From Tubiluchus corallicola (taxonomy: Eukaryota > Animalia > Priapulida), in NCBI GenBank assembly GCA_030141605.1, contig JAQGDQ010000573.1, positions 29,752 to 93,751 on the forward strand: a DNA stretch of 64,000 bases. The letters are read 5' to 3'. Both the position numbers and the translations under genes were made by a program. Shown piece after piece: positions 1-47,000 of this stretch. The notes beneath the pieces are model-generated. The model saw only the letters and a list, made by a program, of their open reading frames with translations, had not been told where the DNA came from and ran no database searches. How positions within the stretch are numbered: position 1 is the stretch's first letter; each line of letters begins with the position of its first letter.

Positions 1-515
1 TTACTATGCTTGCTCATTCAAAAACAAAATCAATGCTTGTGTGATGAAAGAACTGAATGTTGTGGAACAAATGAACTTTGAATTCCAATTTTATTGCCAG
101 GAAGACACTGAAATGTAATTTTTCGACACTGTGGCGCTTCGCAAGCTTAAATTCAGCACTCAAAAGTAGTGCCTTGTCAACGGAGATGTTTGCAACGTGA
201 GTTGGACCTGACTCATAAAGAACATTATCTAAGATGAGCCACTGAACTGACAGAAGTGTTTCAGCAACATATAAATATGTATACATTCTCCCTTTAAGAG
301 GTAAAGATTTACCTGCAGTGAGTACTGAACCCCTGGCGGCCACACGCCACTCACATAAAGTAAATTCATCTACCCGCTTTGTTCTACATTTTTATTCTAA
401 ATGGAACGTAAAATTACAACTGCTCAAACATTATTTTTATTAATTTCTTTGTTATTATTGTTGTCATCGCCGTCATCATTAGGTAGTTAAAAGTGTTTTC
501 ATTGATTATTTTTAG

Positions 516-35213
<34,698 letters not shown>

Positions 35214-35750
35214 AATACAGTATTGCTCTTGCGTGAAAAGAACTTTCATACCTTAGCACTCTTCACATATTATTTGTATCCATAATAATAGTATTGAATA
35301 ATTTAAGTGGTGTATTATATCATTTCAACTTTCAGAAGATGTGTATATCTTACATACATATTTTTTTGTATATTTTTATTTATTAATAATTAACTGTTAA
35401 TAAAAATTTTCTAAGGATTGTTGATTGTGTTTGTTTTTGCAATTTGTCATCTTTGTTATTAGTTTTATTGATTATAAATAACTTATATTAAGAAGAACTC
35501 ATACTGAAGAATTATTATAATACAAGTTTTTTACTGTGCAGAAAAATTATATCATTATGATCACTTTTTATTTCTGTATAAAAATTTAACGGCAAATTTA
35601 AAAATTTAATTCTCAATTTTTGGTATTAATTAGCATTTTATTTTAAGTTGCATGTTCTTCCACATAGTCTGTCAATGTAACTGGAAAGTTACTCATCTTC
35701 TATACACAGTTAAATACGCTTTCTACTATTTATTTTATTGGTAGTGCCTA

Positions 35751-35926
35751 TAGTCAAACCGCTTTATACGGGGCCCACTTTCGGGATGCAAAAGAATGGC
35801 ATCATAGTCAGTTTGGCATTATAACGAGGTACATTAATATATACGTCTATGCATTTGTTTTGGACATTTTATTTTGCTAAACATTTGGGCATTAACCGAG
35901 GTGGGCATTATAACAAGGTTTGATTG
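35751..35926. mobile_element. Short Tc1/pogo-like MITE
   Basis: TA|TAGTCAAACC...GGTTTGATTG|TA with GGCATTATAAC subterminal repeats. Confidence 0.6.
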
Positions 35927-36659
35927 TATACAGAAATTTAAACTGTAAGTAAAAATCCCACCCCCGATAAGATGTCACCTAAATGGCATGATTAATAAAC
36001 AGTCATACATACAGCAAAACAATAATAATTTGACCAATATCGGTTAATATACAAAAATTTATACACAAAAATGCTGCTAACAAAACTCTGAAGGCAAACT
36101 CTAACTTGCCTTTGTAAACACGACTGCATATAAAGTAATAAAATTTTATTAGTCACTTTCAAATCACGGTTATAAGATTTTCACTGAGACCCAGATGTTT
36201 TTTTTGCATTATTACGTACATTTTTATTAACTCCTAATTTCATTTCTAACGTAAAACAGCAATTATATGACGCCTGTAACCTCCCTCTACATTTGTTATC
36301 TTATTCGTGAACGTAAAGTTTGTTTAACCCACGTTTCCTACAAGCACAAATTACAAACAACACGCTGTGAGCCTGTCTAGCACAGTATAAAAAAGCTTGC
36401 AAGTGAGAGGTCTAGTAGTACCAGAGAGTATGTGGTGTGCGACGTTTTGCTGCTTTAACATTACATGTATATCAGCAGGTCCTGTAAACAGCAGGCAGTA
36501 ACGAACAAGGAACTTAAAACTACATAATGGAAAGTTGCTATCAGAGGGGGAAGCTGAAGTTGGAAATTAATAATTTAGCTGGTGGCATTTAAATCTCTAC
36601 GGTTGACTGACTGAATCAACAGTAGGCCTAGCTATGATAATGTACGTACATGCATTATC

Positions 36660-37190
36660 TTATGATGTGTAATGAATTATAAAAACAATCGACTAAGCTA
36701 TGGTCATGGTTAGCAACATTATGAGGTGTAATGAATTGTAAAAACAATCGACTAAGCTATGGTCACGGTTAGCAACATTATGAGGTGTAATGAATTATAA
36801 AAACAATCGACTAAGCTATGATCACGGTTAGCAACATTATGAGGTGTAATGAATTGTAAAAACAATCGACTAAGCTATGGTCACGGTTAGCAACATTATG
36901 AGGTGTAATGAATTATAAAAACAATAGACTAAGCTATGATCACGGTTAGCAACATTATGAGGTGTAATGAATTGTAAAAACAATCGACGAAGCTATGATC
37001 ATGGTTAGCAACATTATGAGGTGTAATGAATTGTAAAAACAATCGACGAAGCTATGATCATGGTTAGCAACATTATGAGGTGTAATGAATTGTAAAAACA
37101 ATCGACTAAGCTATGGTCACGGTTAGCAACATTATGAGGTGTAATGAATTATAAAAACAATCAACTAAGCTATGGTCACGGTGAGCAACA
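36660..37190. repeat. 59-bp tandem repeat (~9 units)
   Basis: GACTAAGCTATGGTCACGGTTAGCAACATTATGAGGTGTAATGAATTGTAAAAACAATC. Confidence 0.95.
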
Positions 37191-38351
37191 GGTGAAGAGT
37201 GTCTGGACAGAGCGGGCCACAGCAGAAATCGTATTACAAGTGGTTTTTTATATTGAACTGACACTGGCAAGACTATGAGAAATCATCGTATAAAACGGGG
37301 TTTCATAGTAACGAGTTTCGTATTAACCATAAGTGATTACATAGGTTTCACTATAGCCTTGGCGGGGTCATAAATAATAAAATCATCATACTACTAAGAG
37401 TTTCAATATAAACCGAATCGTTTACCAGGATTCAAACTGCATTATTTTACATCTGTAGCAAAATTGTTGAGATTCACTATAATTTTATTTAGCATTACAA
37501 AACAAACTACAAACTTATTTAAAAGCAGAGCTGCCCTGTTTGGATTCCACATCTTCGGTATTTGACTGTACAGTAATAGATCACGGATCTTTATCGTTTC
37601 GCTAAATACAATCACAAAAAAGCAACAGAACTTCAGAATGCAACTTCTGACGTGGTACTACAACTTCGGGATTTCAAAGCAGAGATGAAGTCTCGTTTTT
37701 ACTCACAAAAGGCACTTGTAGTACATGCAACTCTGTTCAATAAAAAAACCATTGGAATAAAAACAAGGCGTTAAAACCTTAAACATTTGTCAGAGTTTTT
37801 ATAAAAACATTTCAATACTTATGATGAGTACTAGAGGTAGTAAAAACTCATCGGTAAAATCAGGTATCAAACTTGACTAGAGTTACTGTAAAATTCTTTC
37901 TACATAATGCACACGTCTTTTACTTGTTATTACTATTATTATTACAGGCATCATACAACAAATACTTACCTCTATTTGCAGGTACAATTTTACATAAACA
38001 TAATAATGAAAATGGCTTAATACAACTATTAGTTAGGCTTGACAATATCACATCTGAATAAACAACCAAAAGCTAAATTTTACATGCATGCTTAGCGAAT
38101 TTTTATTTTGACAAATTATGATCTGCCATGCAGTGAAAAACTTCCTATTTCGTAAGAAAGTCAGTCTAAAATAAAAGAAAAAGGTTACTATATAACTCAG
38201 CAGTTTCCATGAATGGAATACTACGAGCAAATTTCATGAACATACTTCTGCTTTTGATAATAATAAATATTTCAATTAATAATTGTATGGCATTTCGGGC
38301 AGTAGCTTACGTACAAATGACAAAAGAGAAGTTATTAACAGTTAGATTTCA

Positions 38352-39034
38352 TCGGTATATAGTAGTAGATCCAAAATGGAGTATCTTACGACAGACATGA
38401 ATGGGGACCAACGAGAAACAATAAGATTGAATGGAGCAGAGTTGAAAAGAGTAAAGAACTTTAAGTATCTGGGTTCAATGATAGACGAGACTGCAGGAAT
38501 GGAAAAGGAGGTGAATTTCAAGATTCAGTGTGGTTGGAATAACTGGCGAAAAGTTTCGGGTGTGATATGCGATAAGAGGATTCCAGCGAGACTTAAAGGT
38601 AAAGTTCACAAAGCAGTGGTCAGACCCGACCTAATATATGGGCTGGAAGCAGCACCTCTAAAGAAGACCGAAGAGAAGAAAATGGATGTGGCGGAGATGA
38701 GGATGTTGAGATGGATGGTGGGAGTAACAAGAAGAGATAAAATTAGAAATAGCAATATCAGAGGAACAGTAAAAGTAGTGGAAGCCTCGCAAGATTGCGA
38801 TGGTATGGACACCTGAAAAGAAGAGTCGGTGAAGATCATGTGGGAAGGGAGGTCATGGAAATGGAAGTGATGGGAAATAGAAGAAGAGGACGACCCAAGC
38901 TGAGATGGTTTGAATGTATGAATGGAGACCTTAGAGAGAAGAACATAAATGAAGAGATGGCCATCAACAGGAATGCATGGAGAAGACTCATTCACAACGG
39001 CGACCCTGCATAGGGAAAAGCTGGGAAGAAGAAG
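38352..39034 (+). mobile_element. 5'-truncated RTE LINE in the PDCL 3' UTR region (antisense to PDCL)
   Basis: ORF remnants FKYLGS..GWNNWRKVSGVICD..EMRMLRW and RWYGHL..RRRGRPKLRW..WRRLI; (GAA)n tail; 18-bp TSD ATTAA(C/T)AGTTAGATTTCA (38334-38351, 39035-39052). Confidence 0.92.
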
Positions 39035-39059
39035 ATTAATAGTTAGATTTCAGAAACTG

Positions 39060-39959
39060 TTAATCCAAGTCAAAGTCACTGTTACCCGATTCATCATCAT
39101 CACCTCGATAAGTCAGTGGTGCAGCATTACGTATTATTTGTGGTATCAGATCTTTTTCGGGAAGTATCCCATGTTCGTGTAAAAAGCTTTCCAATTCGTT
39201 TGCAAAAAAGTCTTCGCTTAATTCATCTTGTAAGCGAATAAAATTCCCGATCATCATCCCGCCTTTGTACACCAATAAAGCTGGTACGCCGCGAGCAGAG
39301 AATTGTCTGCTTAACACACCAGCATCACTTGCACGAATCTTACAAAATTTAACTGTAGGATATTCGACTGCCAGACACTGCAGGCAGCCATTCATGGCCG
39401 TACAACCTGCAGCATGTAGTTCATGCACGTGTATTATAACAGTTACACACGGTTTCTCTTTGTCAATGGCAGCTAACAATTCCTCGCCCGTATGCAACTC
39501 AACCACTTGGCCAAACTTAGGAACTTGCAGACTTTGTTCCATCATTTCTTGCATGCGCTTAAGACGATATTGTTTCAGAAAATCATCCTCCAGTTCTGAA
39601 AGCTGTTTAACGACTGCTTCATCTTCCTCCTCTTTGAACCTTTTCTCTTTCTCTGCCTCCAGCTCAGACTGGCACGTCATCGCAAGCTTCTTAGTTAATG
39701 CTTGCAATTCCTTTTTCTGTGCTTGATTCTTCTCAGTCTGCAGTTGTTTGTATCGTTGCCAATCCTTTATAACACCTTTTGGGCCCGTATTGCAAGCAGG
39801 GCCAGAATACGCTTCATAGCCTTTTAATTCAGCCTCCGGTATAAACTTTGGAGCTTGAGTTTTTTCCACTTTAACTTCATCGTCTGCTTCCTCATCTTCA
39901 CTTGAACTACAATAATATTGTAATTTTTCCCCCAAAATCTTGTCATCCAATGTTGCCAT
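39060..39959 (-). CDS. PDCL: Phosducin-like protein 1 (PhLP1), 299 aa, intronless CDS
   Basis: Starts MATLDDKILGEKLQYYCSSSEDE, has the NTGPKGVIKDW G-beta-gamma binding motif and a C-terminal thioredoxin-like domain (YPTVKFCKI, GVPALLVYKGG). Likely ATG at 39959; the upstream ORF extension crosses a minus-strand splice acceptor at ~40011 (5'UTR intron). Confidence 0.95.
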   Translation of the reverse strand: MATLDDKILGEKLQYYCSSSEDEEADDEVKVEKTQAPKFIPEAELKGYEAYSGPACNTGPKGVIKDWQRYKQLQTEKNQAQKKELQALTKKLAMTCQSELEAEKEKRFKEEEDEAVVKQLSELEDDFLKQYRLKRMQEMMEQSLQVPKFGQVVELHTGEELLAAIDKEKPCVTVIIHVHELHAAGCTAMNGCLQCLAVEYPTVKFCKIRASDAGVLSRQFSARGVPALLVYKGGMMIGNFIRLQDELSEDFFANELESFLHEHGILPEKDLIPQIIRNAAPLTYRGDDDESGNSDFDLD

Positions 39960-41326
39960 TAGTTGCTCGTATGTTTCGAACACTGTGCAAAATATCAATG
40001 TGGTTAGGACCTGAAACAAATAAAAAATACTGAATTAACTTCACAAAATTATTGTCAACTCTGCTTATCTTGTACAAAATTGTTAAGTTCAGCAAAATAA
40101 GAGAAACTGCTCATGTACAACTATGCTATTTATTCATAGTATATGTATATACAGAGAACTACATGAACTTTGAATAGCAAAATACAACCCGTAATAATTA
40201 GTGCTATTTTTTCCTCGAAAGTAATAGCCTGGTATTTCTTTTTGCTATTCATGAATGTATTAGCCCATTTCCAATCACCAACATTCATTCTTCTTCACGT
40301 ACCTCTTTGAGAGCAATTACCAAAGTTGTTCTATTTATTTTTTTGTCTTGTTTCAAAATTAAAATTTCTTTTTAAAATTTACCGCTCCAAATCAATGGAA
40401 TAAAATATCAATTTATATCACAACATATCGAAAATTAATTGGCTTTAAAAGATATATGAAATCTCTTCTGCTGAAATCTTACTTATGATGCATTTTTGGG
40501 TTTTGCCGATAGTCACAGTAAATCCTGCGACTGGTTACTTTGCATTTTACATTTTCATACTTTTGCATTGTGTCTCTGCTGAACTCCTTTCTGATTCCTT
40601 TATTTTCTCTTTCTCTCTCTCTCTCTGTCTAGTATTTTATCTTAACTACTCCCTGTTTTTCTATAATTCTCTCTCTTGTAAATTAAGTCGTTTTTTTCAC
40701 TTTTCATGGTGGTCTTACAAGCTTTGCTTCTTGACCACCATGCAGCATCTATTTCTTGTTGACAAACTATTATGTAGTTTAGTAACTATGTTAGTACACT
40801 TCTGTTAAATTTTTGTAATTATATTTGGAATTTTTTCCCTAACTATATCATGCTATAGTATACAAATGTAGTTCTGTTACAATTATTGTAACTATATTTC
40901 ATTTTCTAGTTATAGGGCATAACAGTTAAAGATAATAATGCAAATTGTAACGTAAAAATACATGCTGAAGTGATAATAAATTACAATTACAAAGCTACAA
41001 CAAATGTCAACAATGATGGGGTAACTGCAAATGTGAGGTAACTATTTTTCCTTCAACAACACCATCTCTTGGGTAATACAGTGTTGTGGCATTAGAAAAA
41101 ATATGAACTACCCTGCAATTACTACATTACTGCAGTAACCAGTAGTCATACCATAGCTGTCATTTAATTTCAGACAGGTCTGCTTGTAAAATCTCTTGAT
41201 CAGATGTATTTCTTATTGAAGAAATAATGTTTTACTTTTTTTTATATCATAAACAGAATTTAATAATAATACTAGTGACATAGATGTGGACAATAAACAC
41301 AAACTTAATTGAATTGATACACCAGT

Positions 41327-42248
41327 TGTTGGGAGCCGAGTGGACCACAGAGCCAAGTAGACCAATTGGTCTACTTGGGCTGCCCAAGTAGAACACTAGA
41401 GACAGGTCGCGAATTGAGTCGTTAAGTGTACTGACACCGTCCGTTGTGCTTGTTTATGTAATAATAATAATTAAAAACGTTAGTACACGTTGAATAATTT
41501 ATTATACATCTAATAAAATAAAAGAATTTTATTCTGAGCTGGTAGAACGGACAATATTAAATTTGGTTTCGATATTAATGTTGTTGAAGTGAAAAAACTA
41601 CTTTTTTGCGAATTCAACATTTGTTTAAGGTATATCATTTTTGATTTTTTCTCACTTCACAAACAGGTGATCCGTTTCACTACCTCTTGGGCAAATAATT
41701 GTTTTCTTATAAGTAAACGTTCTAGCGATCTATGTGTCCTACATGGGCTAGCGAGCCATGTAGGACAGTGCCCTACATGTTACAATACTGCTGATAATAT
41801 TAAAACTAATTATCCTTGCTTTTCTTAAATGTTAAAAATTACTTTTTGGTGTTGTGAAGGCTTAGCAGCATCTGTCTCATTTTTAAATTTGCAATTATTT
41901 CTGTAATAACTGTGTGCAGAATTTCTCTCTTTAAAGCATTAGATACTAGGTTTAATGTTATGATATATTAATGGAGTTAATCATAATGATGAAATTATTG
42001 TAAGAAATGCATTTGTAAATTGCCAAGGAATATCCATTTCTAAAAGAAATTTTGCTTTATGCTTTATTATGTAATAACAATACTTATAAACAATGGTAAT
42101 ATAAACTGGAAACAAGTTTTGCCAGAGCAAGTTTCTCGACAAAGATCGCTAGTGTCCTACTTGGGCTGCCCATGTAGGACACTACTTTTAGCGCATCGGT
42201 TTTACCGGAAGTGGTCTACTTGGCTCAGTACCCACTCGGCTCCCTACA
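41327..42248. mobile_element. TIR element with TGT...ACA ends (Ginger-like; MULE is an alternative)
   Basis: TGTTGGGAGCCGAGTGG...CCACTCGGCTCCCTACA, 5-bp TSD CCAGT, internal palindromic CTACTTGGGCTGCCCA(A/T)GTAG repeats. Confidence 0.75.
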
Positions 42249-43039
42249 CCAGTTAACTTTTATCCTACACGTTGCAATGATAATTTTCAGATACAGAATT
42301 TAACAGAAAATATGTTTGCAGTACCTAACATTAATATGTTTTTGTGCGATGGTTTAAATTTCATAGGCTTAATAATTATAATTATTAATAAAATTAATAA
42401 TAATATACCTAATCTTTGTGACTAAAAAACTTCATACGAACAATGGCTTCACTTCTCTTTTTAATACTCATAAGCCGAGAATATAATATCCGCAAACGTA
42501 ATGGTGTGGAATTTCCGCAAAATTCCGTTATAAGTTATTTAACGTTCTTTTTCTGATATGTTTTATAAACGTAAAATAAAATTAAATTTTCTTTCACTAC
42601 AGTGGTACAGTAATGTTAGTGCTGGCTCCTAGTGGCCGTGGCAGTAGGTATACACTTAATAAACTGTTCACTTGTTTAGTACTTAACTGGACTAAGTGTG
42701 GTGTTGACTTACGTCATTTTTGTATATTAATTTTTTTATTTCTAACTATTTAGAATGAAATCACGAGTTGGCCTCAATAAGAAGTATGTTCAACAAACGG
42801 AACGGCAGTGGTAATCAATAAAGTATTATGGTTTACTATTTTTAACCACAACTTCAGTTCTAGTATCGTCTCATCTGATAAAATCAGACAAATTGTTGAT
42901 CAGACTTCACGAGAGACTTGGTTACAAATTTATCCGATTTCATTACATTTGCTGAATATATAACTTTAAGTTATAAACGATGAAATATCCAAATATAACT
43001 AGATTATCTAAAACTTACCTTTTTGCGGGCTATTCTTAA

Positions 43040-43450
43040 GGTCCACAACCTTGTTAATGCCCATAGCCATACATAACATCACTTAAAAATAAAATACTTA
43101 ATTATACAAGGGTTTAGTGGCTGGTGACAGGTGTTACATGTTCATGTATCTGAGATGGTGCAGTGCTTTGTTGATTTTCCTTTTAAAGGTGTTTTCTGTC
43201 TTGGCATCGCTGGCTTCCTGTGGCAGATCATTCCATATTAGATTAGATTAGTTTGTTACTCTCTTGGAGAAGGAATTTAGCTTCAGTTTCAGGCTACTTG
43301 TTTCTTGAATAGGTTTTGTGTGTGCCCTCAGGTTCTTGTGTAAGTACCTTTTGTGAAAAAAACTTTCTGCAATAATATTGTCAATGTTATTTATGATATG
43401 GTACACTTGTATTAGATCTGCTCTGATTTTCCTGCAATGCAATGATGGCT
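43040..43450 (-). mobile_element. CR1-type LINE 3' remnant
   Basis: RKIRADLIQVYHII..FSKRVTN then WNDLP-like sequence, typical of the CR1 ORF2 C-terminus; boundaries approximate. Confidence 0.7.
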
Positions 43451-44087
43451 GCGCAACATTTCAGACCTGTCAACCATTTGATGTAAAAATGAAGTGTAAA
43501 ACCTAGAAAGCCCTGGGATCATCTCGCCCCTTAAAGTGTGCTCCAGAAGCTTTTGCTTTTTTGGGTAGCAAGGTAAATTATTAAGAAATTAAGGTAATTT
43601 TTATGTATTACCGAGTTTGCAAAATGAGTAAGGTTGTATTTGTTTTTATGAAGATAAGTATAATAAATCGTCTTTTTAATCATGCTGGCAACATTTAGTG
43701 TTAGTCGTAGTCACAGCAGCAGGTAGACTTAAAACTGTTTTCACTTGGTGTTCTAGCACTGCTGATCTATCCGTTTCATCCCGCATTTAAACATATTGCC
43801 ACAATCCATACTTCTAATAATCACAATTGTTTATGCAATTTTAATCAAGTTTGCTGTTAAATTCAAGTTTACTGACTATTTCTAATAATCACACTTATTT
43901 ATGCAATTTTAATCAAGTTTGCCTATAAATTCAAGTTTACTGCCTATGTACATGAACTTGTATAAGTAATGTATAATTTTTTTGAAAATTCTTGCAGATT
44001 GATGTGGCAAGTTTTCATCAAATTGAAAGGAATTTTACGGGGCACAAAATGAGATTCTTTTAAAGGTTTCCATTCAAAACCAGTCAG

Positions 44088-47000
44088 ATGGCTAACATTC
44101 CAAATTGTAAATTATTAAAACAAGAGCCATCAGTTGATATTAATACCTTTGACTCTGATGCTCGTTCTAATAACATCTCTTACTCAGCAATGCCAGACAC
44201 GGAAAGTGAAAAGTGCGGTGATAAAATAGAGGATGTTAATAATCAAACAGCACTAATCGATGACAATAAAACATGCAGTATGGTCATAGAGGACATCATC
44301 AATAAAGTAATTGAAAACGACAAAAATCAGAGGTTACAGTTTTCGTTACTCTGTCCTAATTTTGCTTCGCAGATGATTAAACTCTTATTGAAACAGCATC
44401 AGTCGGACAACGAGAATCAGCAAAGCAAAATTACTGTCGTTGAAACAAGGAGTTTGAATGATGGCACTGGGTCTTCACACACCTCTGAAAATGAATCTGT
44501 GTCTAACGAGAAGAGTACAGCATTATTGACGACATCTACAGGGAACAAAGGTAGTGCCTGCCTGAATATTAAGGCTGAAAATGTTACATATAATCATAAT
44601 GTTGATCAGTCTGAATGCAGTCCGAATGGTTATGCAGACAAAGTTGGCAAAATCTTCAAAAACTTTTACGATAGCACAAAGAGTTTTGACGGATGCCAGG
44701 CCGATTTGAATACCGATAAAAACACAGTGCCATTTTATCAATGTAATTTGTGTCACAGTGCACACCACAATATGAGTAATTTAATTGCACACATTACTGA
44801 GCACATACGATGCTTGCAAACGCCTTTCCAATGCAAAATCTGCTTAAATGCTTTTGCATCCCCGCATCAGTTGGCTGATCATTGTTTGACAACGCATACT
44901 TCAAATGTACGTGGTCCTCTAGGAGGCATAGCAATCCCCGTTCCGCCCGAGGTTGAAAAACTAAAACCCAAGTCGAGTAAGCAGAAGTGTTCTGAGCAGC
45001 GTCCTGCTGATGCAAAAACCGTTTCGCAGAAATCAAAGCAAAACAGAGCGAACGACAGGAACGTACCGAGGTTTCAGACAGCTGCAGAGTTATGCGAGTC
45101 TGATGTTCCGGTGTATACCCGCTCCGGACGACCGCTGCGTAAAGCGGCATTAACAGCCGTTAAACTCATGAATGATATCGTAGACGGCACTAAAGCAGAG
45201 AGCAGCACACCTGTCGACAATGAGAACGCACCCGACGAATTCGGAAATGAGAGTGTTACGTTACCAAATAGTGAGGTCTTGTTAAGGAAAGCTAATAGAG
45301 GTAAAAAAAGGAAAGCACCTCCTACGCGAGCTGCTTTCCGGCACGTTTTTTCCCGAACTGCGCCCATTCCACAACGTGAAGAATCTTCAATGCTTATACC
45401 TCAAATACCATATAGACCAATATTGCCAAAGATAACAGGAAATGGTATGGATTGTACGAGTACCCTTTCACAGATCAAATTGCCTATGTCACCACCTAAA
45501 AGAAAAAAGCGATCTAGTAAGATGGACAAGAACATGCCTTCAGAGAGTTTTCAGGTGCCTGAATATGAAAAAGGAGCATGCAGTTTGTTAGCAGCCGTAG
45601 CCAAAAGAGCGGCCGACACTTCACCCAAAAAGAAAACCGATGAACACTTACTAAGAAACTTATCAACAAGCAGCTCTGGCATAATTGACCATGTGAGTGT
45701 TAAAGCAGAGGCACTAAGAAACGTATCAACAAGCAGTTCTGGCATAATTGACCATGTGAGTGTTAAAGCAGAGGCATTAAACAGTATTAGCAGTGATAAG
45801 CTGAAGCTGGCAGCCTCAACCTTATCACCAACAACAAACAATAGCATTGGTTCACAAGACAAAGCAAGCAGTGCTGTCTCACCAACTTCTGGGTTAGCAT
45901 CCGGTTTTCCCACGAAGAAGAAAAAAGGTCAGTTGACGTCGCTTCAGAGCATCGTTAACAAGTTAACGAACGCAGCAGCAAGCAAGGGTCTTGTCAGTCC
46001 ACCCGTACCTCAAACAGATATTACTTCTTTGTCCAAGTCATTAGCTGTTCAAGGAAACAACAGTGAAAGTCACCCTGTCAGGCCAATGCTTGTCTCTGAT
46101 TCGAATACTTCAAACAGTAGGAATAATGTGCAGGTAGACAACAGTTGTGAAGCCTTATATCCCGCGGGATCGGATCAGCAGAAGCATGGCTGTGCTGATA
46201 CTGTACCAGCTGTACCAGATATGAGCAGCAGTGCAATGTTGCTGGATTTGCTTACCAAGGCTGGCAACAGACAATCTAATGTCAATAGTGTGCCTACCTT
46301 TGTTCTTCCTGAACCTCAAAAGTTTACATGTGAGCAGTGTGGCGCCACGTTTGGGAAAAAAGACAGTTTACGCAAGCACAATCAAGTGCACAATCGGAGT
46401 AAAGAGGAAGATCCGTCAACACTTTACCATTGTTCTTACTGTAGTGCGAGCTATAAGAACAGAACTGCCGTTAGGGCTCACGAAAAAAGACATCCGGAAT
46501 CTCAGCGTAAGGCGAGCCTAACTAGGACTCAGCGAAAATTAAATGAAAATCAGCACAAATGGCAAATTAACCAAAGGCGGCAAAATTCAGCCGGAAGTCA
46601 TGGCACCTCGACTGAAAGCCAGTACACGGTAACTGAAAATGGAGAATTCCAGTGCACGCCGTGTCGTTATCAAACTCATTCGCAAAATCTTTTTAACCAG
46701 CATGTGCGCGACCACCAGTTGGGAAATACAATTTTATTTACTTGTGAATATTGTGAGCAGACTTTTCCAAATGTAAACAGCTTGAAGGCACATAGAATGC
46801 GGCATGCCATGTGGAAGACCGCTGGCAGCTTCAAATGTGACCTTTGCGGAGAGCATTTTAGCAGTTCGATAGCGGTTGACACTCATATGGCTCGATGCCG
46901 TCTCAACGTCTCTGCGGGCACTTCTGAGGGTTATTTGAAACAGTTGAAGACTATAACGAAAGGTTTCCAAAACTGTTCCCCAGCGTTGGTCAAAGAACTC

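Noticed and set aside
14-343. 109-aa minus-strand ORF at the window start
   Set aside because: No recognisable motif; probably intronic to ZGRF1, whose upstream exons lie outside the window.
39960-40019. N-terminal extension MFQVLTTLIF.. of PDCL
   Set aside because: It begins at a non-ATG codon inside a splice-acceptor tract; the conserved PhLP1 start is MATLDDK at 39959.
43810-43945. ~70-bp tandem duplication (and a ~40-bp direct repeat at ~62858/63026)
   Set aside because: Real but ordinary two-copy local duplications with no further signal.
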